A DNA stretch of 64,000 nt from an uncultured Atopobium sp. (lineage in GTDB: Bacteria; Actinomycetota; Coriobacteriia; Coriobacteriales; Atopobiaceae). Position numbers and translations under genes: made by a program. This document shows positions 1-8,963 of the stretch, in pieces. Under the pieces are notes generated by a model. It saw nothing but the letters and a program-made list of their open reading frames with translations. It made no database searches and was not told where the DNA came from. Numbering within the stretch: the first letter of the stretch is position 1; every line of letters begins with the position of its first letter. The stretch lies in the NCBI GenBank assembly GCA_916715765.1, contig CAKAPG010000003.1, positions 4,125-68,124 of the forward strand, written 5' to 3'.

Positions 1-1
1 T

Positions 2-49
2 GAAAGAGAAGTGCGCAAGCCGCTTGGTCAAGTTCGCATTTCGGACTAG
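2..49 (+). CDS. Possible 3' end of an upstream gene (partial, ...EREVRKPLGQVRISD*)
   Basis: Open frame from the window edge to TAG at 47-49, followed by AT-rich intergenic DNA; too short to identify. Confidence 0.3.
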   Translation, partial: EREVRKPLGQVRISD

Positions 50-310
50 CGTCAATTAACATGTAATACTCATTTGCGTCATGCAGTATGGAGAAGAATA
101 CTCATTTAAATATGGAATTCTAATTTTGTCACTTATTTGTCACGAAATTGAGAAAATACATTTATTTAGCGGTCTAATCTTTGTAGCAGGACTTTTATAA
201 GATGATATTTTAAGGTGTTTTTAATCTATCTGCGGAAATAAGGTATTAATCAAATATTCGTAGGTTTTTTGTTGTTTTGCTTATTTGACTTTTAGAAATA
301 CTATTCCCAT

Positions 311-1354
311 ATGGAATATTACCTTTCACATACATCTGCTCTACAAATTTATCGTGCTTTGCGAACACGGAGACACGAACTCTTAACTCATGGATTTAAT
401 GAGTATCTAAATAAGTTCAATTTAGATGCTAGACAATTATTGACCAAAGATGATATTCCTTATCGTGATTTGGTTAGAGCTATTAATGACGAGTTGCTAG
501 TAGATTATGGTATTGAACTTAAAAATCCAGTTGAAATTACTGTGAGCAATAAAAAGAATTCCTGTGCTTATGAAGGAATTCATTTTCATGTTGATACATG
601 TGCTTCGCTTAACTCTGTAATAAAACTGAATATAAGCAGCTTTTCAGTTTTAATTTCATCTCCATTCGAATTGCTGTTTCAAATGGCTTCTAAATTGAGT
701 CTGTTAGAACTAGTGCTCCTCATTTCAGAATTCCAAGGACGTTTTGTTATTGATGCGTCAACAGGAGAATTGCAGTCAAATTGGTATTCACCTCTTTTCA
801 AAAAGTCAGAATTACTTGCATATCTCAGCAAAAAGAAAGGTGCTAGATCTTTTAGAAAAGTAAAGGCTGCGGCAGATTTGTCTGTTGAAAATGCAGCTTC
901 CCCGATGGAGGTTAAACTTGCACTTCGAACTTTAATGCCAGTGTATAAAGGTGGATATGCTATTCCATGCGTTGAGTTAAACAAAGAATTTGAGATACAA
1001 AACATGTCAGGTATCAAATCTCAAAAGAAAAATCGTGCAATCGATCTACTTCTGTCCAGCGGTGTATCAAATGCACGAGGTACTCAAAATGTAGCACTTG
1101 AATATAATGGATCTGTTCATGAATCGATTGAGATTGCAGGTAGAGACTACAAACGAAGTAATGAGCTTTTAGCTGCTGGCATAGAAGAGTTTGTAATTAG
1201 CAAAAATGAATATGACGACATTGTTTTTATGGACAATCTATTTACATTCATTCGCTCAAGGTTAAATTTATCGAGAAGACATACATCTTTAAAACAAAGG
1301 CAAATTGAAAGAGAGAAAAGAATTAAATTGTGGAAGGAGCTGGAAAAGATTTAG
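311..1354 (+). CDS. Low-GC hypothetical protein, AbiEi-like/DUF559 (Vsr-like PD-(D/E)xK nuclease) type
   Basis: 347 aa; N-terminal SHTSAL, SPMEVKL and C-terminal IDLL...VALEYNGSVH...DYKRSNEL resemble actinobacterial DUF559-type proteins; much more AT-rich than neighbours. Confidence 0.6.
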   Translation: MEYYLSHTSALQIYRALRTRRHELLTHGFNEYLNKFNLDARQLLTKDDIPYRDLVRAINDELLVDYGIELKNPVEITVSNKKNSCAYEGIHFHVDTCASLNSVIKLNISSFSVLISSPFELLFQMASKLSLLELVLLISEFQGRFVIDASTGELQSNWYSPLFKKSELLAYLSKKKGARSFRKVKAAADLSVENAASPMEVKLALRTLMPVYKGGYAIPCVELNKEFEIQNMSGIKSQKKNRAIDLLLSSGVSNARGTQNVALEYNGSVHESIEIAGRDYKRSNELLAAGIEEFVISKNEYDDIVFMDNLFTFIRSRLNLSRRHTSLKQRQIEREKRIKLWKELEKI

Positions 1355-1383
1355 AAATACTAACTTGAATCTACGATAAATTC

Positions 1384-1439
1384 TTCAAGCCTAGGAAATC
1401 GTTCAAGCCCTAGGAAATCGATCAAGCCCTAGGAAATCA
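1384..1439. repeat. Tandem repeat, 3 x 18-19 bp (WTCAAGCC(C)TAGGAAATCR)
   Basis: Copies at 1384-1401, 1402-1420 and 1421-1439 read directly. Confidence 0.9.
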
Positions 1440-1440
1440 G

Positions 1441-1562
1441 AGCCTGAATAACTTACCAAGTCTGAGTAAAATCGCTCAGACTTGGTGAGAAAAACCGGCA
1501 AATCACTCAGACATGGTAAGAGAATCCGGCAAATCGTTCAGACATGATGTGATTTTCAGGCT
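1441..1562. repeat. REP/MITE-like element with 31-bp direct repeats and an internal hairpin
   Basis: Outer inverted ends AGCCTGAA (1441) / TTCAGGCT (1562); hairpin 1452-1466 with 1475-1489; 31-bp units at 1469-1499 and 1500-1530, partial third from 1531. Confidence 0.75.
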
Positions 1563-1674
1563 CACACTCGGCGCACGTCCAGCACGTCCTTCTCGCGAGA
1601 AACCCGGTGCACTCCAAGGTCTTCTCGCTGTGCACGCCCCACCGCACACGACAATAAAAGCGCAGCTTAAATGC

Positions 1675-2127
1675 TTACTCAGCAGTGGGATTGTCGGCGG
1701 GGGAGACGTGCATGTTGCCTTCGTTGCGGGCGATGTCCGCGAGCGTCTTGCTGTCCAGGAAACTGGAGGTCATGCGGCCAAGGTCTCGCCAGACATTGAT
1801 GGTGGTGCAAGACTCCATCTGGGGGCAGAGTGTGGTGTTTGTGCAGCTCAGACAGCTGGCAGGCGCAAGATTGCCTTCGGCTGCGCGAAGAATCTCGCCC
1901 AGCGTGTAGTCCTCGGGCTTGCGCGTGAGGCGATAACCGCCGCCCTTTCCGCGCAGACTCTCGACGTATCCAGCCTTGTGCATCAGGGCAATGACCTGCT
2001 CAAGGTACTTGCGCGAGATGTTCTGGCGCTCGGAAACGTCGCCCAGCGAGACCCAGCCCTCGTGAACGGCCAGGTCAGCCATTGCGCGAAGCGCGTACAT
2101 TCCCTTTGTAGAGAACATTCCGGCCAC
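1675..2127 (-). CDS. Rrf2 family transcriptional regulator (IscR/CymR-like)
   Basis: FSTKGMYALRAM, SRKYLEQV, SLRGKGGGYRL and a Cys cluster CLSC...C...C; start probably GTG 2127 or ATG 2118, just after the sufU stop. Confidence 0.9.
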   Translation of the reverse strand: MAGMFSTKGMYALRAMADLAVHEGWVSLGDVSERQNISRKYLEQVIALMHKAGYVESLRGKGGGYRLTRKPEDYTLGEILRAAEGNLAPASCLSCTNTTLCPQMESCTTINVWRDLGRMTSSFLDSKTLADIARNEGNMHVSPADNPTAE

Positions 2128-2129
2128 GG

Positions 2130-2642
2130 CTACTCGCCGTCCTTGGCGCTCGCGGCGTTGGCGCTCTCGGCGCCGTCCTCGGTGGTTGACGCGCCAGCTG
2201 CGGCGGAACCGCTGTTGTGGGCCTCGAGCATCTCCTCGAGTGTGTGCCATGCCAGCTCGGCGCACTTAACGCGCGCAGGCATGTGTGCGATGTCGTGCAG
2301 AATGTTTGCGTCTTCCAGCTGGTCAAGCACAGCCTCGTCAGTTTCTTCTCCGCGAATCATGCGCCCAAAGAGTTTGCAGAGCTCAATGGCCTCTTCTGGA
2401 GTGCGGTCAATCATCAGGTCGCTCATAATGTCGGCGGACGCCTGAGAGATTGCGCATCCGCTACCCACAAAAGCAGCCTCGGCAATCTTTCCGTCCTCAA
2501 TACGCACGGAAAACGTCAGCTCATCGCCACAAGAAGGGTTAACGCCCTCGTGAGAAACGGTAGGGTTGTCCATCTGATATTTGTAATCGGGGTGAGAAAC
2601 GTGGTCCATAAACTCAGCGTTATACAGGTCGTTTGCTGCCAC
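2130..2642 (-). CDS. sufU: SUF system sulfur-transfer protein SufU
   Basis: NPSCGD, GCAISQAS and RVKCA motifs; follows sufS. Confidence 0.93.
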   Translation of the reverse strand: MAANDLYNAEFMDHVSHPDYKYQMDNPTVSHEGVNPSCGDELTFSVRIEDGKIAEAAFVGSGCAISQASADIMSDLMIDRTPEEAIELCKLFGRMIRGEETDEAVLDQLEDANILHDIAHMPARVKCAELAWHTLEEMLEAHNSGSAAAGASTTEDGAESANAASAKDGE

Positions 2643-2659
2643 TTATTTCAACTCCTTGT

Positions 2660-3931
2660 TTATTTGCTGCTGACCGCGCTGCCAAAGATCTTCCATACCT
2701 GGTTAAGACCCTCGATTAGCTGGTCAATATCGTGTTTATCGTTGTAGAACGCAACGGATGCGCGGCAGGTGCTGGACTCGTGCAGCTCAATCAAAAGCGG
2801 CTCGGCACAGTGATGACCAGCGCGAATGCAAACGTTGTTCATGTCCAGGATGCTCGAGACGTCGTGTGGATGAACGCCGCGCACGTTAAACGCCACAGCG
2901 CCCACGTGGTTCTGTCCCAGCTTAGAGCCTACGATGTCAACAAAGTCCAGCGTGCACAGTTGCTGCACCAAGTACCTGGCGAGAAGTTCTTCTCGCTTCT
3001 CGATCTTTGCCATGTCCAAGCCGTTGAGGTATTCGACAGCAACACCGGTAGCATAGATACCTGCAGCGTCCTGCGTACCTGCCTCGAACTTCTCGGGAAC
3101 GGGAGCCCAAACGGCGCTGGTCTCGGTGACGGAATCAATCATCTCACCGCCGGTAAGGAATGGCGGCATGGCATCAAGCAGCTCAGAGCGGCCCCAAAGC
3201 ACACCAATGCCCATAGGTCCGCACATCTTGTGTGCCGAGAAAGCCAATAGGTCGCAGTCAAGATCGTGCACGTCAATAGGGATGTGAGGTGCAGACTGAG
3301 CGGCGTCGACTACCATGTAAGCACCCACAGTGTGACCGCGCTTAGCAATGGCCTTGATGTCATTACGGGTGCCCAGCACGTTGGAGACGTGTGTGACGGA
3401 CACAATCTTTGCTCGCTCGGTGATCTTTGATGCAATCTCTTCAGGCGTAATCTGATACTGCGAGTTCATGCGCAGGTACACCAGGTTTGCACCGGTAGCC
3501 TTGCAAATCTGCTGCCAAGGGATGATGTTAGAGTGGTGCTCCATGATGGAAATGACCACGTCATCGCCTGGTTTAAGCGCATAGCGACCAAGGCTTGAAG
3601 CAACCAGATTAAGCGCCTCAGAAGTGTTGCGCGTAAAGATAATCTGACGGTCTTCTGGCTTGCCGTTTTTATCGACAGCGCCAATGAACTTTGCAATCGA
3701 AGCGCGAGCACCCTCGATAGCTGCGGTTGCTTCCACACTCCAACGATACAGTCCGCGTAGGGCGTTTGCGTTCATGGTCTCGTAGAAGCGCGACTGCGCC
3801 TCAATAACCTCGCGTGGACGCTGAGAAGTAGCAGCACTGTCCAAGTACGCTACCTCGGGATTTGCTGCCAGAAGTGGAAAATCTGCCTTGTAAGGATTAT
3901 CGGTAATCTGAGCAACTTCTGCGTCGGTCAT
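2660..3931 (-). CDS. sufS: Cysteine desulfurase SufS
   Basis: YLDSAATSQRP, SAHKMCGP (PLP Lys) and RAGHHCA (group II). Confidence 0.96.
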   Translation of the reverse strand: MTDAEVAQITDNPYKADFPLLAANPEVAYLDSAATSQRPREVIEAQSRFYETMNANALRGLYRWSVEATAAIEGARASIAKFIGAVDKNGKPEDRQIIFTRNTSEALNLVASSLGRYALKPGDDVVISIMEHHSNIIPWQQICKATGANLVYLRMNSQYQITPEEIASKITERAKIVSVTHVSNVLGTRNDIKAIAKRGHTVGAYMVVDAAQSAPHIPIDVHDLDCDLLAFSAHKMCGPMGIGVLWGRSELLDAMPPFLTGGEMIDSVTETSAVWAPVPEKFEAGTQDAAGIYATGVAVEYLNGLDMAKIEKREELLARYLVQQLCTLDFVDIVGSKLGQNHVGAVAFNVRGVHPHDVSSILDMNNVCIRAGHHCAEPLLIELHESSTCRASVAFYNDKHDIDQLIEGLNQVWKIFGSAVSSK

Positions 3932-5067
3932 TACGCGACACCACCTTTGCTGGAATTAGCTTCAGCGCTTGCATTGTCTGTTGCGTCGTCACTAGCTGCA
4001 GCTTCGTCATAGTCGTGAGCAATTTCTGCGCCCAGCTCAGCCTCGCAACGCTCAACAGCCACGCGGTGAGAAATCTCCTCTGGTGCGTTGATGATGGCGT
4101 CTTCAAAGAGAGCGCGTATAAACAGCTGTTCGGCAGCCTGGCGAGAAAGTCCTCGAGCTGCAAGGTAATCAAGCTGCTCAGGGGAGACGGATCCGATGGT
4201 AGCTCCGTGGTTACCAGCAACATCGTCCTCATCACAGAGAATAACAGGCATGGTCTTGTTGACAACGTCGTCACCAAGGATCATGACCGTTTCAATCTCG
4301 TTGCCCTGGGCATCCTTTGCACCGCGGACAAGATCGATGGTTGCACGAAGCGTCTTCTTAGCTGCCTCGTTAAGGACGCCGGACTCGGTGAGCTGTGCGC
4401 GCGTAGAGGTACCACGCATGCGTACCAGGTGGTTAATATCAAGTGTCTCTTCATGAGTGGCGTGATAGCGATTATTGAGGTCAAGGCGAGCTCGAGCGCC
4501 AACTAAGTTAGCGGTGAGTCCAAGACCGATGGTTGATCCACCCAGAGCGTATTGCTTAACGTCAACAGCCGCATCTTGGTGAATCTCAAGGCCAACACTT
4601 TCAAGGTGCTGCTGACCCTCATTGACGCCAAGCGTCTCAATAAGGTGCAGTTTTGCACCAGCCTCAACCACAATGCGGGTGAGCGCAGCGCTAGTTGGAA
4701 GCGCGTCGCCGTCAACATCGCCTGCAATCGTAGCGATAACTACCGTAGCCTCAGCGCCTTCACGTACGATAACGCCGGTGTTGGCACACTGGTTTTGAAC
4801 AGCAGAAACAGCAACAACAATAGGTTCTTCTCGCTTGGTATGAGCGGGAACGCTGTAGAAATCGGACTTAAATGCCTGAGACTCTACGTAGTCAGTAACC
4901 TCCTGGCCCATTCCACACTCAATGCGCTCAAAAAGGCGAGGCAGAGGTAGATACACTTTGCCTGCATCAGCGTGATTTGGGACAGAAACTGACAGTGAGT
5001 TAGCACGTAGACGGTTCCATGTCTGAGCTGCAGGAACGTTGGCGCGATTAATCAAAACGTTATCCAT
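3931..5067 (-). CDS. sufD: Fe-S cluster assembly protein SufD
   Basis: C-terminal DEDDVAGNHGATIG...YLAARG; lies between sufB and sufS. Confidence 0.88.
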   Translation of the reverse strand: MDNVLINRANVPAAQTWNRLRANSLSVSVPNHADAGKVYLPLPRLFERIECGMGQEVTDYVESQAFKSDFYSVPAHTKREEPIVVAVSAVQNQCANTGVIVREGAEATVVIATIAGDVDGDALPTSAALTRIVVEAGAKLHLIETLGVNEGQQHLESVGLEIHQDAAVDVKQYALGGSTIGLGLTANLVGARARLDLNNRYHATHEETLDINHLVRMRGTSTRAQLTESGVLNEAAKKTLRATIDLVRGAKDAQGNEIETVMILGDDVVNKTMPVILCDEDDVAGNHGATIGSVSPEQLDYLAARGLSRQAAEQLFIRALFEDAIINAPEEISHRVAVERCEAELGAEIAHDYDEAAASDDATDNASAEANSSKGGVA

Positions 5068-6485
5068 TAGCCAATCGCTCCTTCCATCTCAAGTTTGATC
5101 AGATTGTTCATCTCAACGGCGTACTCCATAGGAAGCTCCTTTGAGACAGGGTTTGCAAATCCGTTGACTACCATGGTGCGAGCCTCAGCCTCAGAGCAAC
5201 CGCGGCTCATCAGGTACAAGACAGTGTCGTCAGAAATGCGACCAATAGTTGCCTCGTGGCCAATCTGAGCAGTTGCATTGCGGACATCCATCTCTGGGAT
5301 GGTGTCGGAACGGCTAATGTTATCCAGCATCAGGGACTGACACGAGAATGCCACTCGAGCGTTTTCTGCCTTGCGGCCAACAGTAACTGCAGAGCGGAAG
5401 GTGTTGACGCCACCGTCTTTGGAGATGGACTTGGTATCAACGTTTGCCGAGTTATTGGAGCCGTTGATAATAACTTTGCAGCCTGTATCCAGGTCTTGTG
5501 TAGCGCCTGCAAATGTAATACCGGTGAACTCGCAGTTAGAGGAATCGCCGTTCATGATAGTAGAAGGGTAGAGGTAGGAAACATGGCTACCAAAAGAGCC
5601 CGAGACCCACTCCATCTTTGCGTTGCTGCCAATAATGGCGCGCTTGGTGTTAAGGTTGTACATGTTCTTGGACCAGTTTTCGATGGTCGAGTAACGCAGA
5701 CGAGCGCCGTCCTTAACAAAGAGCTCAACAGCTCCTGCATGGAGGTTTGCTGCGTAGTACTTAGGTGCGGAGCAGCCCTCAATAAAGTGCAGGTCAGCAC
5801 CTTCCTCAACAATAATAAGTGTGTGCTCAAACTGGCCAGCACCCTGAGCATTCAGTCTGAAGTAACTCTGAAGTGGGTAGTCCAGAGTGACATTTTTAGG
5901 AACATAGACAAAAGAACCGCCAGACCATACGGCATAGTGCAGAGCTGCAAACTTGTGATCTGTTGGAGGGATCAGCTTGCCAAAGTACTCTTTAACAACA
6001 GGCTCCCACTGCGGATCATGCAGAGCATCCTCAATGGTGGTGTAAATAACACCCTGCTCAGCAACTTCCTCGCGCATGTTGTGATAGACAATCTCAGAAT
6101 CGTACTGAGCACCAACGCCGGCAAGGCTTTCTGCCTCTGCCTGCGGAATGCCCAAACGATCAAAGGTATCCCTAATATCTTCAGGTACGTCGTCCCAGCT
6201 GTTTGCCTGCTGAGTCTTTGGCGAGACATACGTGGAGATATGGTTCAAATCCAAACCTGCAATAGAAGGTCCCCAGTTGGTAGCCATCTGGCGCTGGTGA
6301 TAGGTTTCCAGAGCCGACAACCTCATCTGGAGCATCCACTCGGGCTCTTCTTTTTTCTCGGAAATAGCACGCACAATTTCTGGCGTAAGGCCATCATCGT
6401 AGCGCTCGTAACCCTCTTCGGACTTGGTGAAGTCGTAGAGCGAGCGGTCTACATCAGCGACCTCAGATCGCTTCTTCTCGCTCAC
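5067..6485 (-). CDS. sufB: Fe-S cluster assembly protein SufB
   Basis: GVGAQYDSE, WSGGSF, GQFEHTLI, EGCSAP, HEATIG. Confidence 0.96.
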   Translation of the reverse strand: MSEKKRSEVADVDRSLYDFTKSEEGYERYDDGLTPEIVRAISEKKEEPEWMLQMRLSALETYHQRQMATNWGPSIAGLDLNHISTYVSPKTQQANSWDDVPEDIRDTFDRLGIPQAEAESLAGVGAQYDSEIVYHNMREEVAEQGVIYTTIEDALHDPQWEPVVKEYFGKLIPPTDHKFAALHYAVWSGGSFVYVPKNVTLDYPLQSYFRLNAQGAGQFEHTLIIVEEGADLHFIEGCSAPKYYAANLHAGAVELFVKDGARLRYSTIENWSKNMYNLNTKRAIIGSNAKMEWVSGSFGSHVSYLYPSTIMNGDSSNCEFTGITFAGATQDLDTGCKVIINGSNNSANVDTKSISKDGGVNTFRSAVTVGRKAENARVAFSCQSLMLDNISRSDTIPEMDVRNATAQIGHEATIGRISDDTVLYLMSRGCSEAEARTMVVNGFANPVSKELPMEYAVEMNNLIKLEMEGAIG

Positions 6486-7252
6486 TAGTTAGCACCGCCC
6501 TCATCAGTCTGGTTCTCAAAACGCTCAAAGCCCTCGTGGTCAATCTGATTGATGAGGTCTGCAGAACCATCTGCTACCAGGTGGCCCTTAACCATAACGT
6601 GAGTACGGTCAATCTCAAGACGCTCAAGAATGCGGGTATTGTGGGTAATGATGAGCAGCGAGCCGTCGCAGGTCTCACGATAGGCCTGAATACCCTTTGA
6701 AACAACGGAAAGCGCGTCAACGTCCAAACCTGAATCAGTCTCGTCGAGAATGGCAAGTTTAGGCTGAAGCAACAGAAGCTGGAGCATCTCAACCTTTTTC
6801 TTCTCGCCACCAGAGAAGCCAACGTTAAGCTCACGCATCAAGAATCCCTGGTCAAGCTCAAGCTGATCAGAAATCTGACCAACACGCTGACGGAACTGAC
6901 GAGCGGTCATCTTAAGCTCGGGGCGCATCTGTGTAATGGTGCGCAAGAATGAATAAAGAGGAACACCAGGAACCTCAACAGGCGCCTGATAGGAGAGGAA
7001 GATGCCTGCAAGGGAGCGCTTATCTGCAGCAAGCTCAGTTACATCCTCGCCGTTAAAGATAAGGGAACCATCGGTAATCTTATAGGTAGGATCACCCATA
7101 ATGACGCGGCCAAGTGTTGATTTACCTGCGCCGTTAGGTCCCATTAGAACGTGAGCCTGGCCATCACCAATGCTCAGATCAATTGAATGCAGGATGGATT
7201 TCTCCTCGGTACCTGCAGAAATTCCGTTTACACGGAGTAGCTCAGTTGCCAT
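6485..7252 (-). CDS. sufC: Fe-S cluster assembly ATPase SufC
   Basis: GPNGAGKST, GFSGGEKK, LDETDSGLDVD; start moved to ATG 7252 after a GGAGAG SD. Confidence 0.96.
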   Translation of the reverse strand: MATELLRVNGISAGTEEKSILHSIDLSIGDGQAHVLMGPNGAGKSTLGRVIMGDPTYKITDGSLIFNGEDVTELAADKRSLAGIFLSYQAPVEVPGVPLYSFLRTITQMRPELKMTARQFRQRVGQISDQLELDQGFLMRELNVGFSGGEKKKVEMLQLLLLQPKLAILDETDSGLDVDALSVVSKGIQAYRETCDGSLLIITHNTRILERLEIDRTHVMVKGHLVADGSADLINQIDHEGFERFENQTDEGGAN

Positions 7253-7410
7253 AAATCTCTCTCCAAATATCTCTACGTGCAAGCACGTGATACGTTTGTG
7301 ACTAGCCACTTTGGACAGCTCTAGGGCGAGCAAAACCTTGTGCTAGTGCGGTTTTGTGGCAAAGACAAACGCCAATGTCACCGATGTTTTTGTCATACCC
7401 CAAAATCCGC

Positions 7411-7444
7411 TAATTCATACTAAATGGTAGGAATTAAAAAGCAA
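7411..7444 (-). promoter_or_regulatory. Putative suf promoter overlapped by an Rrf2-type palindromic operator
   Basis: TAATTCATAC-TAAATG-GTAGGAATTA (7411-7436, 9/10 inverted match); minus strand reads TTGCTT-16-TAGTAT. Confidence 0.6.
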
Positions 7445-7585
7445 CCCTTACATGAGCACTTTTTCACGTTTCTAGAAAATAATCGGATTTTTTCATAGGT
7501 TTCAAAAGTTATAAAAGCTTTTCTGTGCCAGAGTTGCCGCTCACGGGTAAACTAGAAACATCTATGTTTGCAACAAGGAGGATTC

Positions 7586-8896
7586 ATGGGTCAGAGAATT
7601 CAAGGTACCGAAGATCTTTACGGCGGCTATATGCGCTCTTGGGAGCATATGCAAGATATTGCCCGCCATCTGTTTGGTACTTACGGTTTTGACCGCATTG
7701 AGACTCCTGCACTTGAGCAGGTAGATACCTTTGTTCACGGTATTGGTGAGTCAACCGACGTGGTACGCAAAGAGATGTTCCGCGTCTTCTCTGGCGCGCT
7801 GCTTGAGGACCTGCTAGCTGCCGGCAATGAGTCCGGTCTTAAGCCTCGTCAGCGCATGGCTATGCGTCCTGAGGGAACTGCTGGTGTGGTTCGTGCTGCT
7901 GTTGAGCACAATTTTGTGCCACAGGGAGGAACACCCGCAAAGCTTTGGTATGCCGAGGCAATGTTCAGGGGAGAGCGTCCTCAGAAGGGTCGCCTGCGCC
8001 AGTTCCACCAGGTAGGTGTTGAGTGGCTTGGAGCTTCTGATCCAGCTGCCGATGCAGAGTCCATCATCATGTTGATGAAGTTTTACGAGCAGATGGGTTT
8101 CTCGCCAGCTGATATGAAGCTCATGATTAACTCCATGGGTGATGCGGAGTGCCGTCCTACATATCGCGAGAAGGTCAAGCAGTTCATTCTTGATCACAAG
8201 GATGAGATGTGTGAGGACTGTCTTGAGCGTGCAGAGATCAATCCACTTCGCGCGTTTGACTGCAAAAACGAGAGTTGTCATGCGGTCATGAAGGACGCTC
8301 CGCTGATTTCTGACAACCTGTGTGATGATTGCCGTGCTCACTATGAGCAGGTCAAGGCATATTTGGATGCTGCTGGTATTTCATACGTTGAGGATCCAAC
8401 ACTTGTTCGTGGTTTGGATTACTATACGCGTACCGTCTTTGAGGTAGAGGTTCCAAACGCTGGTGTTGGCGCCATTGGCGGTGGCGGTCGTTATGACGGT
8501 CTTGTTGAGCTTGAAGGCGGAAAGCCAACTCCAGGTGTTGGATTTGCTGTTGGTTTTGAGCGCATTATGCTTGCGCTGGAAGCTCTTGGTGTTGCAGCCG
8601 AGCCAGCGGCTCCAAGCTGTGTCTATGTAGCTTGCGCAGGTGCTGAGCAGGCTCCTGTTGTATTTGATGCTGTGCTGGCACTACGTGAGGCTGGCATTAG
8701 ATGCGAAGCTGATCGTACTGGCCGTTCGCTAAAGGCTCAGTTTAAGCAGGCAGATAAGATGGGTGCAACGCTTTGCGTGGTCATTGGTCCAGATGAGGTT
8801 GAAGCTGGCGCGGTAACTCTTCGTGACATGGAGTCTCACGAGCAGGTACAGGTGCCTGCTGACCAGCTTGTTGCTGAGGTAAAAGCCAGACTGTAA
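7586..8896 (+). CDS. hisS: Histidine--tRNA ligase
   Basis: RPEGTAG, FRGERPQKGRLRQFHQ, LVRGLDYY, GGGRYDGL; ATG 7586 after AAGGAGG. Confidence 0.97.
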   Translation: MGQRIQGTEDLYGGYMRSWEHMQDIARHLFGTYGFDRIETPALEQVDTFVHGIGESTDVVRKEMFRVFSGALLEDLLAAGNESGLKPRQRMAMRPEGTAGVVRAAVEHNFVPQGGTPAKLWYAEAMFRGERPQKGRLRQFHQVGVEWLGASDPAADAESIIMLMKFYEQMGFSPADMKLMINSMGDAECRPTYREKVKQFILDHKDEMCEDCLERAEINPLRAFDCKNESCHAVMKDAPLISDNLCDDCRAHYEQVKAYLDAAGISYVEDPTLVRGLDYYTRTVFEVEVPNAGVGAIGGGGRYDGLVELEGGKPTPGVGFAVGFERIMLALEALGVAAEPAAPSCVYVACAGAEQAPVVFDAVLALREAGIRCEADRTGRSLKAQFKQADKMGATLCVVIGPDEVEAGAVTLRDMESHEQVQVPADQLVAEVKARL

Positions 8897-8924
8897 CGGC
8901 TAACGGATTCTAACAGTCAAACGT

Positions 8925-8963
8925 AAACCCTCTCGTGTCTGTGACTCGGGAGGGTTTGTTTTG
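8925..8963. terminator. Hairpin terminator between convergent hisS and nhaC
   Basis: AAACCCTCTCG...CGGGAGGGTTT followed by a T-rich tail. Confidence 0.65.

Noticed and set aside
1384..1562. CRISPR array
   Set aside because: Repeats are tandem with no unique spacers, there are only 2-3 copies, and no cas genes are present.
1513..2445. 310-aa plus-strand ORF
   Set aside because: Antisense shadow of the high-GC rrf2/sufU genes; no recognisable motifs.
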